A DNA stretch of 64,000 nucleotides from Eledone cirrhosa (lineage: Eukaryota), in contig OZ024742.1 of assembly GCA_964016885.1 (NCBI GenBank), forward strand, positions 271,312,001 through 271,376,000, read 5' to 3'. Positions 25,440 through 39,900 of the stretch are shown piece by piece. The first letter of the stretch is position 1. The number at the start of each line of letters is the position of its first letter. A model generated the notes under the pieces. That model worked only from the letters and a program-made list of their open reading frames with translations. It was not told where the DNA came from and did no database searches. A program made the translations under genes and the position numbers.

Positions 25440-27250
25440 TTTTTATTGACCTCAAGAAAAATATTACAAGCGGCACAATACGGTACAGGACGATACAAAT
25501 TGAGTGTTGGCAGTGTAAAAGTGTATAACAAGAAGATATTATGCCCTACTATTCAGGGACAGCTTCATCCCGGCCAATTTCTGGGTGAGAGATGCCACCC
25601 TGCACAGCACCTCGCTCCAATGATATGCTGTAGCAGCCCGTCGAGGTATGCACTGCAGTTCATAATCCGATCCGACCGTCGCCGCTCCCAAAGAGTTGAG
25701 CAAAGTGCTGTTAACAAGCCTCATACATCTGCTCGGGTTCGAGTAACATACGCCCATTTTCGTCAGGCAAAGTTTTAATTGTGGCTTTGTTGTTATTTTG
25801 CACGTCCAGCACCCAGGCCCATATCACGGGTTTTGTTAACTCGTGTCTCACAGCACGCCCTGTAGCTCTGACAGCGCAGCATTCATGCTTTGCGTTGAAG
25901 AATTGGTCGAGTGACAATCTCGCCGTAAGCACGTCGGCTGCAATGCCTGTCCTAAATGCCTCTTCTAGCTTTCTAACTAGCTCTCCCTCTACTCTATTTT
26001 CCTCTATCACTACCGCTGTGCTAAAAATTATCGATTATACTCTAATTGACCTTTTCAGGGTAAACCACCACATGTTGTAGACGGTTGCACCCGTCAACGC
26101 ACGCTTAACTAATTCGCTTATCTCATCTCTGAAATATTTTCCCGCCGGGAACGGCGTGTTTAGCTTCCAGTAACCGGGTCCTTGCCTATGAAGTCTATCT
26201 ACGTCGAATTTGCAGATCACAAATGTGTGATCGGTGTAGTCAACTACTTTAAATTTTCGTCAATCTACACTAACCTTATCTGTTTCCCTTGAGAATACCC
26301 TATGTAGATACGACCAGGTTGACCCGAAGCCGCTTGGCACATTCGGATAATGCAGTCAATACCTGCCAGACAGTTGAAAACGTCTGAGAAGGTTATAATC
26401 TCAGCGTGCATCTAAGATACCGTTCCAGTCATCGACTAGCACTAAAGAGCGGGGTTTCGAAGAAATATCTCTAGACGTCTGAAGAAATCTGACCGTCCTG
26501 CCCCTGTTGGGGCGTAGACGGCTACCAACCTGAAAGCATTGCCTTCGCTGCCGGTCACATCCAGCACAACTAACTTACCTTCTGTGTCCAGGAAGATGGC
26601 CCGTATCACGAGATCTATCCCTCTCCGAAAAATCATAGCAATTCCGCCCCGCTCCCCGACGACTGGGAGATGCGTATACATTGTAGCCGTCGAAGATCGG
26701 TGCGAAGTCTCGTGCTTCGGAAATTCTTCTCACGCTGATGGCCACCACATCTATGTTTAGTGATCTGAGATCGTTATGCAGGTGGCCCTGCTTCCATGAT
26801 GACCCCAGGCTACGTAAATTTATACTGCCTATTCTAAATTGGGTGAGGAATGGAGTAAGTGAGAAAGGATCACCTACCCTCATCGTGTGGGAAAGGGACA
26901 GTCGAACCGTCCCTTTGGTTGGCCATGTGTATATTCTCTTGGTAACCGACCCTCTGAAGTCTGCAACTGCGTTGGGGTATTTTTCTTTAAAATTGTTCTA
27001 ATGTTCTTTTTTTTTAATTTCATTAATTTATATATTTTTTGGTAATTTTCTTGGTGTTGGTGGGGTGTAGAAATGTGTGTCTGTAATGTATGTTTATATG
27101 TTCTATTAGTTCTTTATATGCCATGTTTATGGCTGTGTAATGTTATTTTTTGTTGCTGTTTCTTGTTGCTGCTGTTGGATATGTGTGCCTTGTTGTGTTT
27201 GCGATGTTTTGTGTTTGTGGAGATGCTGCTGATGGTATGGCTGTTGTTGG
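25440..27250 (-). mobile_element. Internally deleted L1/Tx1-type LINE (ORF1 end, APE endonuclease, jump to post-RT region)
   Basis: IGSINLRSL, FRLVAVYAPTG, GPGYWKLN and VRKLEEAF closely match 46826-48000. The RT core is missing between about 25730 and 25710. Confidence 0.85.
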
Positions 27251-27525
27251 TGGTGATGCTTCTTTACGGTGATTGCACACGGTAGCACTGCCAGAGCAGG
27301 GATTTCTGTAAATCATCCAAAGACTCTGGACTCTGGACTGGAAGTTCTCTGAAAAAGTGTGGCTAATGTTTGCAGATCCCTAGTGTCTCACCAAGAACAT
27401 TGTCGTTTTCACCCATCCCTAAACCAGTAGATAAATCTAAGTAAGATTTCTACTCTATACACTACTCGATTTGTTGACGGATTTGAATGCTTGGAGACAT
27501 TCCAGTTTCCAAAATAAACAAAATA

Positions 27526-27655
27526 ATAATTGTTTCTACTTTTGGCACGAGGCCAGCAATTATCCCAGTGTATTACCGATATTCGTTATTTTATCGATCC
27601 CGTAAGGATGAAAGGCACAGTTAACCTCGGCGAGATTTGAACTCAGACCATAAAG
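27526..27655 (-). mobile_element. Nin-type SINE (5'-truncated)
   Basis: Matches 7211-7340. Confidence 0.85.
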
Positions 27656-27679
27656 GATAACAAAATAATAATACTCGCT

Positions 27680-29640
27680 TCTTCATTAGTCTCTCAAGGC
27701 TGACATTAAGAAAGCATTAAAGACGGCTCAGGACGATGCGATATGGGTTATAATGTGTAAAATTGTAGTAACGTAAATGAACACACGATAAATATCAAAC
27801 AAAAGCAAAGTCTCCAATAGGGGAAGACGCGAGAGGGGCACTTGCGCGAAAAGCCCTTCAGAGCCATGGTAACGCTGACCACCATGGGAAGTGAATTCTC
27901 CCAGTTGTCTATCAATCTACCTATGTATGCTAGGACAATGCACGCCACTCCCATCTACATAAAAAAGTCTTTGGAATTTGGACCTTCTTTTCCATCTGAT
28001 TTTCTGCATCAACTGTAACCTGAAATATTTCATCCTGTCTTCTTCGATGGAAGTTCCTTGTCATCGAACCTTTCAGGCAACGTCCACCTTTTGCTAATGC
28101 CATGAGGCAGACAGAAATAGCCTGCCCTATTCGGCTATGGAAAGTGGTGGAGCAATCTTCACGGTGGACACATTTGCTATAGACGTTTCTGCCATTTTTG
28201 GCAACTGGTGAACGGTATAAACGACAAGTCAGCAGTGCTCTGACAATAGAGGTGTGATAGTAGTTTTGTTTTGTCTCGCCGCGCGTATCTCCGACAAATA
28301 ACGCTAACGGAACGTCGTTGCCTGTAGAGCTTAATTCTAAATGACAATGCTCCCGAGTCGCCCTGGCGGGCCAGTGATTTCTGAAAGTTATCCATAGCCT
28401 TTGGCCCAAACATCCTACGGAAAAAGCTTGGCTAGGTTATTTTCGTCGATAGCTGATTTTCCCGAAGAGAGACATCTCTCTTTCCGTCACTATCACTCAA
28501 TGGAATGCCATTGCAGAATTATTTCCCAAACATACCTGCGGATTTCTAGAGGATGACCCCTCCCTTCTTCACCCTCAAGGAATGCATCGTAAGCTACAGC
28601 ATGTGCACTGCTTCACAACTGGCATTGACAGCAGCTAGATTGTCAGGCAATTAGAACGCGTCTCCTCCACAAAATAAAAGGAATATATGTTCGATTAGGG
28701 CCACATGCGGACCGAGTCAAATCATGACGATCATGTAGTCATAAATTATGGGGGTGATATGTGTATCTGCCACATATTTCTGAACTTTTCAGGGTGTGAG
28801 TTGTTTACCTACTCGTAACCGTGTCTTAGTTTTAGTTCGTCTTGAGGTTTGAACAAAACCATCCCCCGAACAATTTTACCGGTCCTTCCTTACAGTGTCC
28901 GTTAATCTTTGCTCTAGTTATCGTATCGTTACCATATATGGCAATGCCGATCACTTCTATGTGCTTGGTGCTCGACGCAACTAAGATAACCACATCTAAA
29001 TATGCTGAACGGAACTCCCTCATCCTTCTTCGCGGATACAATTCTACAACTCCAGTTGGTTGTGGCATCTCTCTAGAGAGAGTTCATACATCTGAGACGA
29101 GTGTGATCAACTATCATGTGTAGCGTGTATAATATTGAAAGATTCCGAGAGGTAGCCGTTCATTCAGACGATCAGATCGATACGACTGTTCATTGCCGAA
29201 ATACATCCCATGAAAATTAGTTCGAAACCGGCTGCCGAGCGAACTGTTGCCAGATACAAATGGTCGAACGTATTGTGCCCCATCCGTGATAGAATCTTTA
29301 GCCTCTCTCTCTCTATGATGTTTTGTATAGGGTGGAGGTTGTTGTGAGTGGATTTGTTTGCAATGGAGGATTTGTGCGTCTCCGCCACCAGATCATCGAC
29401 AACAAGAACCAACTTTGTCGCTAATACCTTTGAAAATATTTTTGAACTCTAAATTTATGGATATGATCTCCTTTGTCCGGGTTTCTCCTCGGGAGCTGCA
29501 CCGCTCTTCCACTCTGTTTCAGTCGCAGTACTCATCTTCCACGAGCTTACAAACCAAGTCTGACATGTAAGCAAAAAACTCGTAGGAGAGACAATCCAAA
29601 CAAGAGGATGTGTCCTTCTTCCAGCTAGTCATCGTTTTAA
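27680..29640 (-). mobile_element. Decayed L1/Tx1-type LINE, RT to 3' UTR
   Basis: MDNFQKSLA, KLYRQ, NNLH.IQ.IIE and a 3' end TAATGTCAGCC resembling the 3' end at 51555. Confidence 0.7.
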
Positions 29641-30992
29641 AAATGGTTTCAGATTCAGGCAGAAGGCCAGCATGTTAAAGGGAAAGTAAATTCGGCTAAA
29701 AAGACTCCAGTATTTAACTTTTTCTTTTTTATCGACACCTTTATGATGAAAGACGTTGTTCGGCATGGTAAGATTTTTATTCAAAATTTAAAATCCCGAA
29801 ATATATGAAATAAAGCATCCTTCTTACGGAAATTAAGTACAGTAATTGCAGGAATGAGGTCAGATGAGCGGTGGTTTGAGTGAAATAACAAGGATTTGAA
29901 TATAATAAAAAGTGTGGCATGTGGTGAAACATCCTCAAACATAGGCGGGCAGCTGTCTAACAGAAAAAATTGAGTGAACATTCTGGTCGGGAGGAAATAG
30001 GAAATAGCTGATTTTTATTATATTTAAATAATTATATTTAAAAAGCGTAGTAAATTGTATGATATGATACACGTCTCCTTGCAGTTCGGTAGTTGACTAA
30101 AACTTTTTCGGTCTTCAATTCGATTGCTGAGCTCAGTGTATTGATGTGTGTAAGAAGCCTTACGTTACTTTGCATGATAGGACAGAGACTCGCATCATTA
30201 AAATACCCACGACACCTACTACCTGTTGCAATCACATATCAGATTGGTTAGCACTGTTTTACAGCATACTGCAATCTTAATTGTTTTAGAAGGGTTCTAA
30301 CGTTAATGGAAATATAACGAAAGTTCAGTAAACAAAGTAATGCTACGATGATAAATTTGAAACATAGCGAATTTGATGTCTCATAAAAATAGGAGCAATA
30401 ATTATAAATTAGTAAAAGTTTTGGAACTTACAGGACTATAAAATATAGTTAACAAAATAAAATATTCAAGCTCATTGATAAAATTAAAATAATAGCAATT
30501 TATAATATTCGTGGAAATTATTTATGAGAAACAACTCGAAAATTGAAAAAACACTAATTGCTTAGAGATGCTATAAATGAAGGGTGGTCATTCGAGGGAA
30601 AGGAAAAGTAGGTGTGGTTTAAATTAGGATGATGTAATTGATGAATAATCGTCGGAAAATCGATAATATAGAGGTCCAAATATAATAATGAAATTTTACA
30701 ATAAAACCTAACGATAAATTAATTGTATAAAAATATAATCGAATATATAAATATCATTGAATAAAAATTGTTTCCAAAAATTAACATGATACTAATAGGG
30801 TGTGTGTGTGGGGGGGGGGGGGTCAATATATGATGGGTATAAGATAATTACGTGTAAAATCTATATGAAAAATGTGTCTAAATGTATTTGAAATCTGGAA
30901 TAAATGATTTGATATGTGTGCGGTATGTGTGTTTGCGTGAATGCCTTGGTCTATATGTATCTTTCTCCCCCTCTCGCTTTACCACTCTCGCT

Positions 30993-31110
<118 letters not shown>

Positions 31111-31879
31111 CATAGAGAGAGAAAGAGCGAAAGAGGGGGGAGATCGGTCAGGTTGTGGAGGCATTCAAAGATTCATATAGTGTTCTATATTCAATAGAGC
31201 TCCTTAGCGCAGCTCGCATCCAAAAGGCACGTATTATTCCTCCTAGATCAAAGACTTGCACAACTTGATTTTGCGATTGATAACGGTTTTTGAAAGCTAC
31301 TAGAAACATGTTGCAGGTTTCTATCTAAGTTTGAAACAGGCATCCCACAACTACTAAATATGAATTTTAGCATAACCAGGCTGCAAACCTGAACAGAATG
31401 CATGGTATTTTGGTATTTTGTAACAGATCGTACTTGATAGACCCCCTCAAAACCAAAAAAAATAATGATTGTTTACACATACGTACGCGCGCACATACAC
31501 ACACACACACACACACAAAGACAACCACATGCATTTTATATGGACTTTTTGAATCTAACCCATTGACACCTCTAAGCAATCTTCCTCTAATCAATCACCT
31601 CTAATCATGTTGTTTTTTATATCTTTCATTTCTTCAATGCTTCAGCCCTCCCCTCCACACCAATATATATATATATATCTACTGTCGTTTCACGTTCATC
31701 ACGTTGGGAACGTTTTGGGAATAGTTAAGCCAAATCCCTTTCAAGTATCTCAAGAAGTTTCAAATCTTGTATCTATTCCAGCTGATTCTATTATACACAT
31801 ATTTTCCTTTGCTTTTCTTGTTTTAAGCTTTGCATCCCGGGTATTTAAACATTTACAGAAATGTCAACAATTTAAAGAT

Positions 31880-34500
31880 AAGGTGACAAAAATGAAAATG
31901 TTTGCGCATCATTAGCCATGGCATTCCCAGCCCTCCTTGTAGGGTATGCTGACAGGAGATGGAATGCCTCACCAATGAAACCTGTCCCTTCCAATAGAGG
32001 TTAAAGGGGAGTCGTTAAATTTAGCGAGGCGCGATCGGGAGACATGCATGATGGTCAGGCAGCAAAATATGACGAATCTGATGTAAACGTTCACCATCTC
32101 CACTCGCCGTTTCAGGGACAGGTTCCTCTCTGCCCATATCGGAGTGAGAGTGGCTAGCCTGTTCGTAACCTCCTCCCAGTTCTTATCCACTTGGAAGCCT
32201 AGTCCAAACCAGAACCAAGCAACTTTACAGGCTAATTCCTCTAGCGCCCTATGACACTGTTGGACGGCAGTGCAAGCCCACTGACTTCTCCGGCTTTACT
32301 TTTGCTCCCGGCAAACTTCTCAAAGAACTTACCGATCACGTTGACTTCCGAGGTATTCGATAGCACCCCCGTGATATCCTCCGCATATATTGACATAGCA
32401 TACACATATGTCAGTTCGATCGAGATGCCCTGCAACAGCTCCAGCTTCCGCAGTAAAGCCTCAAATGTCAACACGCACAGAAGGGAGGAGAGAGGGCAAA
32501 TCGACGGACCAATCGCACAGTTGGAGTGTAGATGTCCACCAGACTTCAGGAACCACTATTGCTATTGCTCACATCCAGGTTCTCCAATTTACCGCCCAGT
32601 TCCAGGAAAATCAACATCATGTCCAGATCCAGAAACATCGAAATAGCACTTGCCGCACCTCCAATTACCAGTCAACTAAGAGATACGAATATCTGAAAAT
32701 AGGGTCTATTGCGCGCGTGTCGGAAATCCTGGTCTCGCTGACTGCTGTCACATCCATATATCAAGTGATCTGAGATCGTTCAGCAGGTGACACTACATCC
32801 CCAGTCAATGAATATTTAAACATTCTACTGACCATGTTTGAAGGCTAAATGAGAGAAGAAGGTTTTACTTACCCCACAGAGGTTTGTGGAGATCAATTGG
32901 TTCGACCTCCTTGATTGGTGGTGATTATTTCGGAACGCCTGTAAATGTCTTGATGTGGGTTCGAATTTGGGGTTCCCACATCCCAAGGTAAACACTTCCT
33001 AATCTCCGAGAAACATACGTACCATCATTAGATCCTCAGGGGCGTGATATGTACTGGTGTCTTGTATTTCCCCCTCTTTTTCTAGGGTTGTAAAATCCTT
33101 GTTGGCCCTTCTTATTAGCTGTGTGTCTAGTTTTGTTGTGCTTGATTTGGTTATTTGCATTTAGGGGGATGTATTGGTGGTGTTGTTCTTCTTATTTGAA
33201 TGTTTGTATTTGTTTTGTGGTGTTTCCATTTTCTGTTGTGGGTGTGTGTGTGTGATGTGTGGATATTTTTGTGTGCCTTCTGTTTTGTTTCTCTACTATT
33301 AATTTTGCCTCGTCTTCGCTACTGGAAGACAAGATGTCTGTGTATGTGTGACTGTGTCACTATGTGTGTTTAATTTTGTGTTTGGTACAATATGTGTATT
33401 ATTGTGTAGGAAGAATGGGAGAGCATTCGTCGTTTTTCCCTTTGGTGGCCAACGTTGGTGGTAGCGTTTCGTTTGTTGCTACGGGTGGTGAAGCCGGTGC
33501 TAGCGTTGGTGGTGTTCCCCTCCCTGGCCTCAGCAGCAGTGGAGACTTACGACTCCATCCATTTGTGAGCTGAGGGTAGACGATTCGCAAATGCATTGTT
33601 TCACTGCAGACGAAACATTGCGGCCTCTTAACCTCGGTCATTCACAGTAGTGCTGTTCCAATTGGGAGATGGATGTGGTCCGGAATTTTACTACGCTATT
33701 CATGCCTGATCAGCAGAAGTATATCTAGGTTAACCTCTGACGAGTCATCCCTGGATGTTCTGGCCACCTCGATCGTGGCGGCATCTGTCCCCATTCCCAT
33801 TCACGCATTTGAATAGCCACCAAATGTGAAGTACTGCTGGAATTCGGGGAATGCGGACATGAACTATTCTTTTTCTGCAGTCGGAGTGGAACATAATTAC
33901 CTTGCTGGATGTGCTAGGGGTCATCAAGTGATTCACAACGAGGGCTTCTGACTTAAACAGCACTGATATTGTGCTGCATTGTCTGCACCTCACAATATAC
34001 GCGGTGTAATCCCTGATTCACCACAGCGCAGCTTGAACTGTGCCTTGGGGAGTGATCATCCATATTCTAGTCTGCTCTGAAATGCATCTGAAGACCACTG
34101 CCGGCCTCTCCACCGCCGCCGAATCCTCTGCCGGAACGGTTAAATTGGACGAGGAGTGCGCTTGTACAATGCCTGGGCCAACATTGACTCTTTTTGGCTA
34201 AGTTCCATGGGGAAGCATAACCTTTTTATAGCTGTTGCTGCAGCAAAATAGTTCATGCTGCTATGCATGTTGCTGTTGCCGGTGTTTACGTTGTTGTTGT
34301 TGTCGTTCTTGGTGTTGATGTTGTTGTTGTTGGCGCTGGGGATCTATTTGTTGTTGCTGTTCATGTTGTTATCATTTATGATGTCGCTGTCGTGTGTTTT
34401 CTTTTTAATTTTCGTTTTCGTTTCCATTGTTTCAGTAATGGTGGTAGTGGTGCTGCTGATATCTGTGGTTTTGGCTTTGTGGCTAGCTAAATTCAACACA
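31880..34500 (-). mobile_element. Decayed L1/Tx1-type LINE (ORF1 and pieces of ORF2)
   Basis: NWEEVTNR..W.ERNLSLK.R, YAEDIT, RPQCFVC..H (CCHC remnant), (AAC)-rich ORF1 start. Confidence 0.7.
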
Positions 34501-34509
34501 CACAGATGA

Positions 34510-35800
34510 AAGAAAATATTAGAATAGAATACTACACAAAAATTAGGTTAATACACATATTTGAACTACATGTAAAAAGAAGGTAATTGGCATCAACAAT
34601 TTAGCAATCCCAGTTATGAGCTACAACTTTAACATTCTGAACTTGACAATAAAACAACTAGCTAGAATAGATAGAAAAACAAGAAAAATAATGATCACAT
34701 TCAGAATACACCTTCCAAAATCAGATGTAGAAAGAATACACCTACCAGGAAAATAATGAGTAAAGAGCCGTATGCAACTAGAACACTCTTATGAAATAAA
34801 TAATGTAGGACTACAAAAATACCTAATAAAAAACAAAGAAAAGCTAATATGAACAGCCACAAAACATGAACGAAACCAAAAAAAACACTCTTCTCAGTCT
34901 TCAAGGAAGCAAACAAATTCAAATAAGAGACTGGACGAACAGATAATTGTGATGAAAATGAAAACAAGTAAAAAAGAACAACAGAAATTGTGAAAGACAT
35001 AACATTTAAATTGAAAACTGATCCCCGGAATGCCACGTTAAAACGATGGCAAGATAAATCCTTACATGGTCAATACCCCAAAGAGCTAAATAGAAAGGAA
35101 GTAGAGGAACAAAACACAGAAACTGGTTCCGAAGAACTAGAGCAAAAGCTGAGACGGAAAGATTTCTAGTTGCAGCGTAGGACTAGCGTCTACCCTCCAG
35201 GAAGAACATAATGAAACAAAGCAGAATACGTAACTGTATAATATGTGGAGAGAGGGGAGAAACAGTCAACTACATAGTGTATGGATGCCCAGCCCTAGCC
35301 AACAAAGAATATATCCACAGGCATTATAGAGTTGGAACCTTCATTTGCTGGAAATTATGGCAACATTATGAAATGCCAAAAGAAAAGGAAGAACCACACA
35401 GCAGAAAAAGTGTCAGGGAATGAAAAAGCAAACAGACAAAGAGAACAAGGCCAACCGACCGGATATTATAGTTAAAGACCCCAAAGAAATCAAAAGGCTT
35501 TCTAATAGATGTATCTATCGCCACACACGGCAATATATTTCAAAAGAAATATAGAAACTCTCCAAATATAAAGATCTAGAGATAGAAATAACCTGAATGT
35601 GAAAGATGAAGACAGAAGCAATAGTTATAATTTTAGGTGCTCTAGGAATGATAACATAGACACACGGACAAATACATAGCCCAAAACATCAAGGCATACA
35701 AATGTATACAGTATACCAAAAAAATAGCACTACTAGGCACTGCACACATATTGCGAATATTAATATCAATACAATAGAAACAACATCATATTAAGTGAAC
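34510..35800 (+). mobile_element. Decayed R4/Dong-type LINE 3' portion
   Basis: WQDKSLHGQY, CIICGERGETVNYIVYGC, RHYRVG, NRPDIIVKD, KYKDLEIEI, LLGTAHILR. Confidence 0.8.
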
Positions 35801-38159
35801 TGAGATTGTTGAGCAGGTGGCCCTGTTTCCAAGATCACGGTATGCTACGTGCATTTATACTGCCCATCCCGAGAGAAGATAAGCTGGAAAAAGTATGATG
35901 AAAACAGAAGAAAAAGAAGAAGATTCAGTTAATTTCAGAGTTCAATAAAATAAGATACCAATTCCGGGTTTGCTGCTATAAAGAAGAAAATAAAATTCGA
36001 AAATGTTATGACAAATGGCAATTTGTCCTACATATCGAAACTAAAGGTATGTTCACAGAAGACGTCTCATAATCATAATACATGAGTTTATATATTATCA
36101 ATATATGCACCTGACCAATTCCACTTAGAGAAAAGACATTAACGCTTCAATAATATTTCATGTTGCCTAGAATGAAGAATTCGTAGATGACTTTGGCGTT
36201 GATTTAAAGTTGGAACGTTTTACAAGAATGATATTACATATTTTCTAGTAACATAAATTCACCTAATTACTTTCCAATACTTGACTAATTATTTGATGAG
36301 TGACAGGAAGACAGTCATGAGTTCTCTTTTAGCTTTCTTCAAAGATGGAAAAAATCAACAAAAAACCATTGAATTCTGACGTTCTAAAGGTGATGTCATC
36401 CGCCACTTTAATGGTACTTAAATACAGAGAAACGATATCAACAATCCATTTGACTAATTAGCACAGCATAATCCTTCATAGTCCAATCACATCAGTCTGC
36501 ACTTGGGACAAATAATTATTTTAAAAATTTGATTATAAATTTCAAACTATTTTAATAGCTAATTACAAATTACAAACATTCTTCGAAACTAAGATAGAAA
36601 TTTACATTAATTCATTTATTTCAATATTCTTAAATTATTCATCAATTATACTATCAATCTAAATCAAAATACATAACTGAAAATGACTTTTACTGGAGAA
36701 AACTGCGAAACTAATCACAGACACAGATTAAGGTTTGCGTAATTATAGACATGTCTGGAATATGTACACAAGTTTTTTTAATTTTTGCGATTGCTGAGAA
36801 CGCCAAAACCAGTGCTGATTAAGTAGATATTTAAGGTAACACATATTGCGCTCTTCAAAATCATCTATTTACTAATGTATCTAGGACTTCATAATTGAAT
36901 ATATTGTTCTTTAGCTTTACAGTATTTTCCTTATAGAAGTAAATTTTACTTCCATTTTGTGAGAGTTTTTATCGCTATGGGTGCTATATATGTTGTTTGG
37001 AACATTACTTATTATCTGATACAATGCTCTCCCGTTGAATGGAGGACATTTAATATTTATGGTTAACAGCTTCAGTGGTATTAAATTTCATGTGATCCTG
37101 TATATAGATCTTTCACTCAGGAAAACATTCCGGCATTTGCAAGTAGTATAATTTGAAGCACATATCTATATTATTATGTTTATTATTTATACGGTTGTAT
37201 TATATAATCAATTTAAACAATTTTAATTAATTAAAAACAAATAGTCTGTAAACGTGTGTATTACTTATTTAGAAGAAGATTGGAAATCAACCGTGGGTTC
37301 AATTGTTAGGCGTAAAATCATGTAAACCACCACATTTAATTTGATACTGTCTCTGAGGTGATGCTATCATCGACCAAATTAATGACATTTCAAACTAGAA
37401 AATAGAAAAGTTATCACCTATTAATTTGAATAATTAGTACAGCAAATACCCTCATAATGTTGTACCACAAGGTTAACCTTGGGTCAAATAATTATTTACT
37501 GTAATTAAATAGAAATTTAAAAGTTAATTCGACAGTAAATTGCTAATTCTATTAAATAAATCTTCAAAACACAAATACCGTAGGAATAAATTTGTATTAA
37601 TTAATTTATTTCAACATTCTTTGAAGTACACCGACAATTATGCTATCAATCTAATTATGGAGAGAATTTACTGATAAAACTACAAAATTGATTGTAGCTC
37701 TACATATGTTGTTTGCTGTTTCATTTTAGATATTTCAACAAACATAAAACATATTTTCCAAGCTGTTGTTGTTATATGTCCCCCAACTAGTACTAAATGA
37801 TTTTATATATCGTCTTAGGCGTTACCGACGTAGCCCTCGTTTATTCTATTTATGCAATAAGATATTCAAAACTATATTATATGAAATGTTACACCTTTCG
37901 TTAAGAAGGTGATAATATTTGAATTATATTTGACTGCTACTTCTAGATCAATCGAATAAATAGGGGTATTTGATTTACATGTTTGTGATTTGCTGTTTAT
38001 ATATTGAAAAGACGAGTGGAATGTTCTCGATTTTTCACTGGCTTTAAAATTTACGGTATTTTATAAGTACGTAACAAGTGCACTAAATAAACCAACTCAG
38101 AAGACATTACTAGTAAACATTACTACTTGTGCTTCAATCAGCAAGCACTATTTATTACT

Positions 38160-39900
38160 TTGCTACCTTTCCCCCCAGCTGATAGGCATTAAAGAGCCGC
38201 AGAGTAGTTCCAATTTTATCGGTCTCAAGCTTGTTTTGGCGTTTTGTACAAGTCAGTCTTGATTTTTAGCAGGTTTTTTTTTGTAAATGCGCTCTAAGGG
38301 ATTATTCATCTGAGTGTAAGTCTCTTGCCACCGGGTATTATCTGCTTCATCGTAATCTTAACAGCACGGCTATCAGGGATGTGTAAAAACTTACCAGTAA
38401 TCCGGATGCACCGTTCGTCAAATATTTTATTCAACTTTCCAGAATTCGTACGTCTCGGCACATTCAGTGCCAAGAATATTTACGTTATTTGAAGACTGAA
38501 ATGGCATTTGTGAATCTAAGATAACAAATTCCATTTTTCCAAAAGCTTCTGTATGGGATTTTATATTCCCGAGGTATGTAAAGATTTTATCTGCACTATT
38601 CCACCGCTCTAATTGATGATATATAAAAAGTACAGGGAATGTATCCAGAACAGTCGGCTCAAGGATTTAATAAATTGGTCAGAGTCCCCTAAATGACTTG
38701 CCTCATGTAGGAATATGATGTGTGATTAAATAATCGTTGGCGACCATGAGTTCCACAGTATTATGTGTACTCATACGTGTCCATAATATTATATACATTG
38801 TAATTAATACCACAGACATTTTCTATCCGTAAGTGAGATGTAAGTGTGTCTACACTCCAGCTGCAAGTCAACAAATGCTGCTTAGTCTCCTTCAGCATTG
38901 TACCATTTCAAAATCAAAGAAATGATTATCTGATCTAATAGTTTAGAAACTGTTATTTAAAAGCCATCACGATGCAAGCCCGCACGTCATTCGCATTGGC
39001 GAACTGAATCAAAGCCAGGATGTATATCGTTGTAATCATTGACATAGTCTATTCCAGAAGTTTCGACATTAATATCAATGTTGTTGTCAATAATTGTGGG
39101 GTCTGATGGGCATTGCATGGATGTTGCTTCTGTCAGTGATATACATGACCTGACGTTGTTACTGTGTTGTTTTATCTGCCTGAACGAGTCAAGTGAGCAG
39201 CTCTGTCTATTATGTATAGTGTCATATGAAGCATTTATCGAAAATACCTATGATCAAAACGTTCAAATCCATCATTTCTCTGTTTCCTTTACAATACTGG
39301 TCACATTGGTAGAGGATGTAATACAGTTGGCTGGAGATCTCGAGTTGCTGGATGAATACTCTATTTCAATTACGTTAGCAACATACTTAGATTAATTATT
39401 GATCTGCAATTCTAATTTATATTGGCGTGTTTATGAAATATACAAACTATTTAGCGATTATCACCGACCAGTTCTAAGAAATCTATATTTTCTTACCGCA
39501 TATATATTGATATATAGGAGGTTTGATATACTCGTTTGTAAGAGCATTGAAAGCAGAGTCCACGGCCTTCAATTTCTAAGAACATGCTAGGTTGTTGATT
39601 GGATGGGGAAACTTATTCACAAACTTGAGACCTGGCCCACATTTCTCCAGCCAAGTAACTCCAAATTTACTCAACGATTTTGATCAGATGCCACATCGTA
39701 GTAGCCTAGGAAATGTTCTTGTACAAAATCAGCTAGATCATAAATAGACATTGTATGGAAGAACTTTTCAGATACCATACTGTTTTTTGTTTTGGTGGTA
39801 AAACTAAACCTTTTCCAAGTTTAACATAGACATTCAAACCTTCGGTAAATTAATTGGGGCTCACATTTGGCTCTATTCACCAGTTTTAGGATACCACTTC
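38160..39900 (-). mobile_element. Highly decayed RTE-like LINE
   Basis: Scattered RT-like peptide remnants on the minus strand; no long ORF. Confidence 0.4.

Noticed and set aside
35900-38150. Possible host exons or conserved regulatory sequence in the apparently unique AT-rich stretch
   Set aside because: No ORF, recognisable domain or convincing splice-flanked exon; cannot be supported without alignments.
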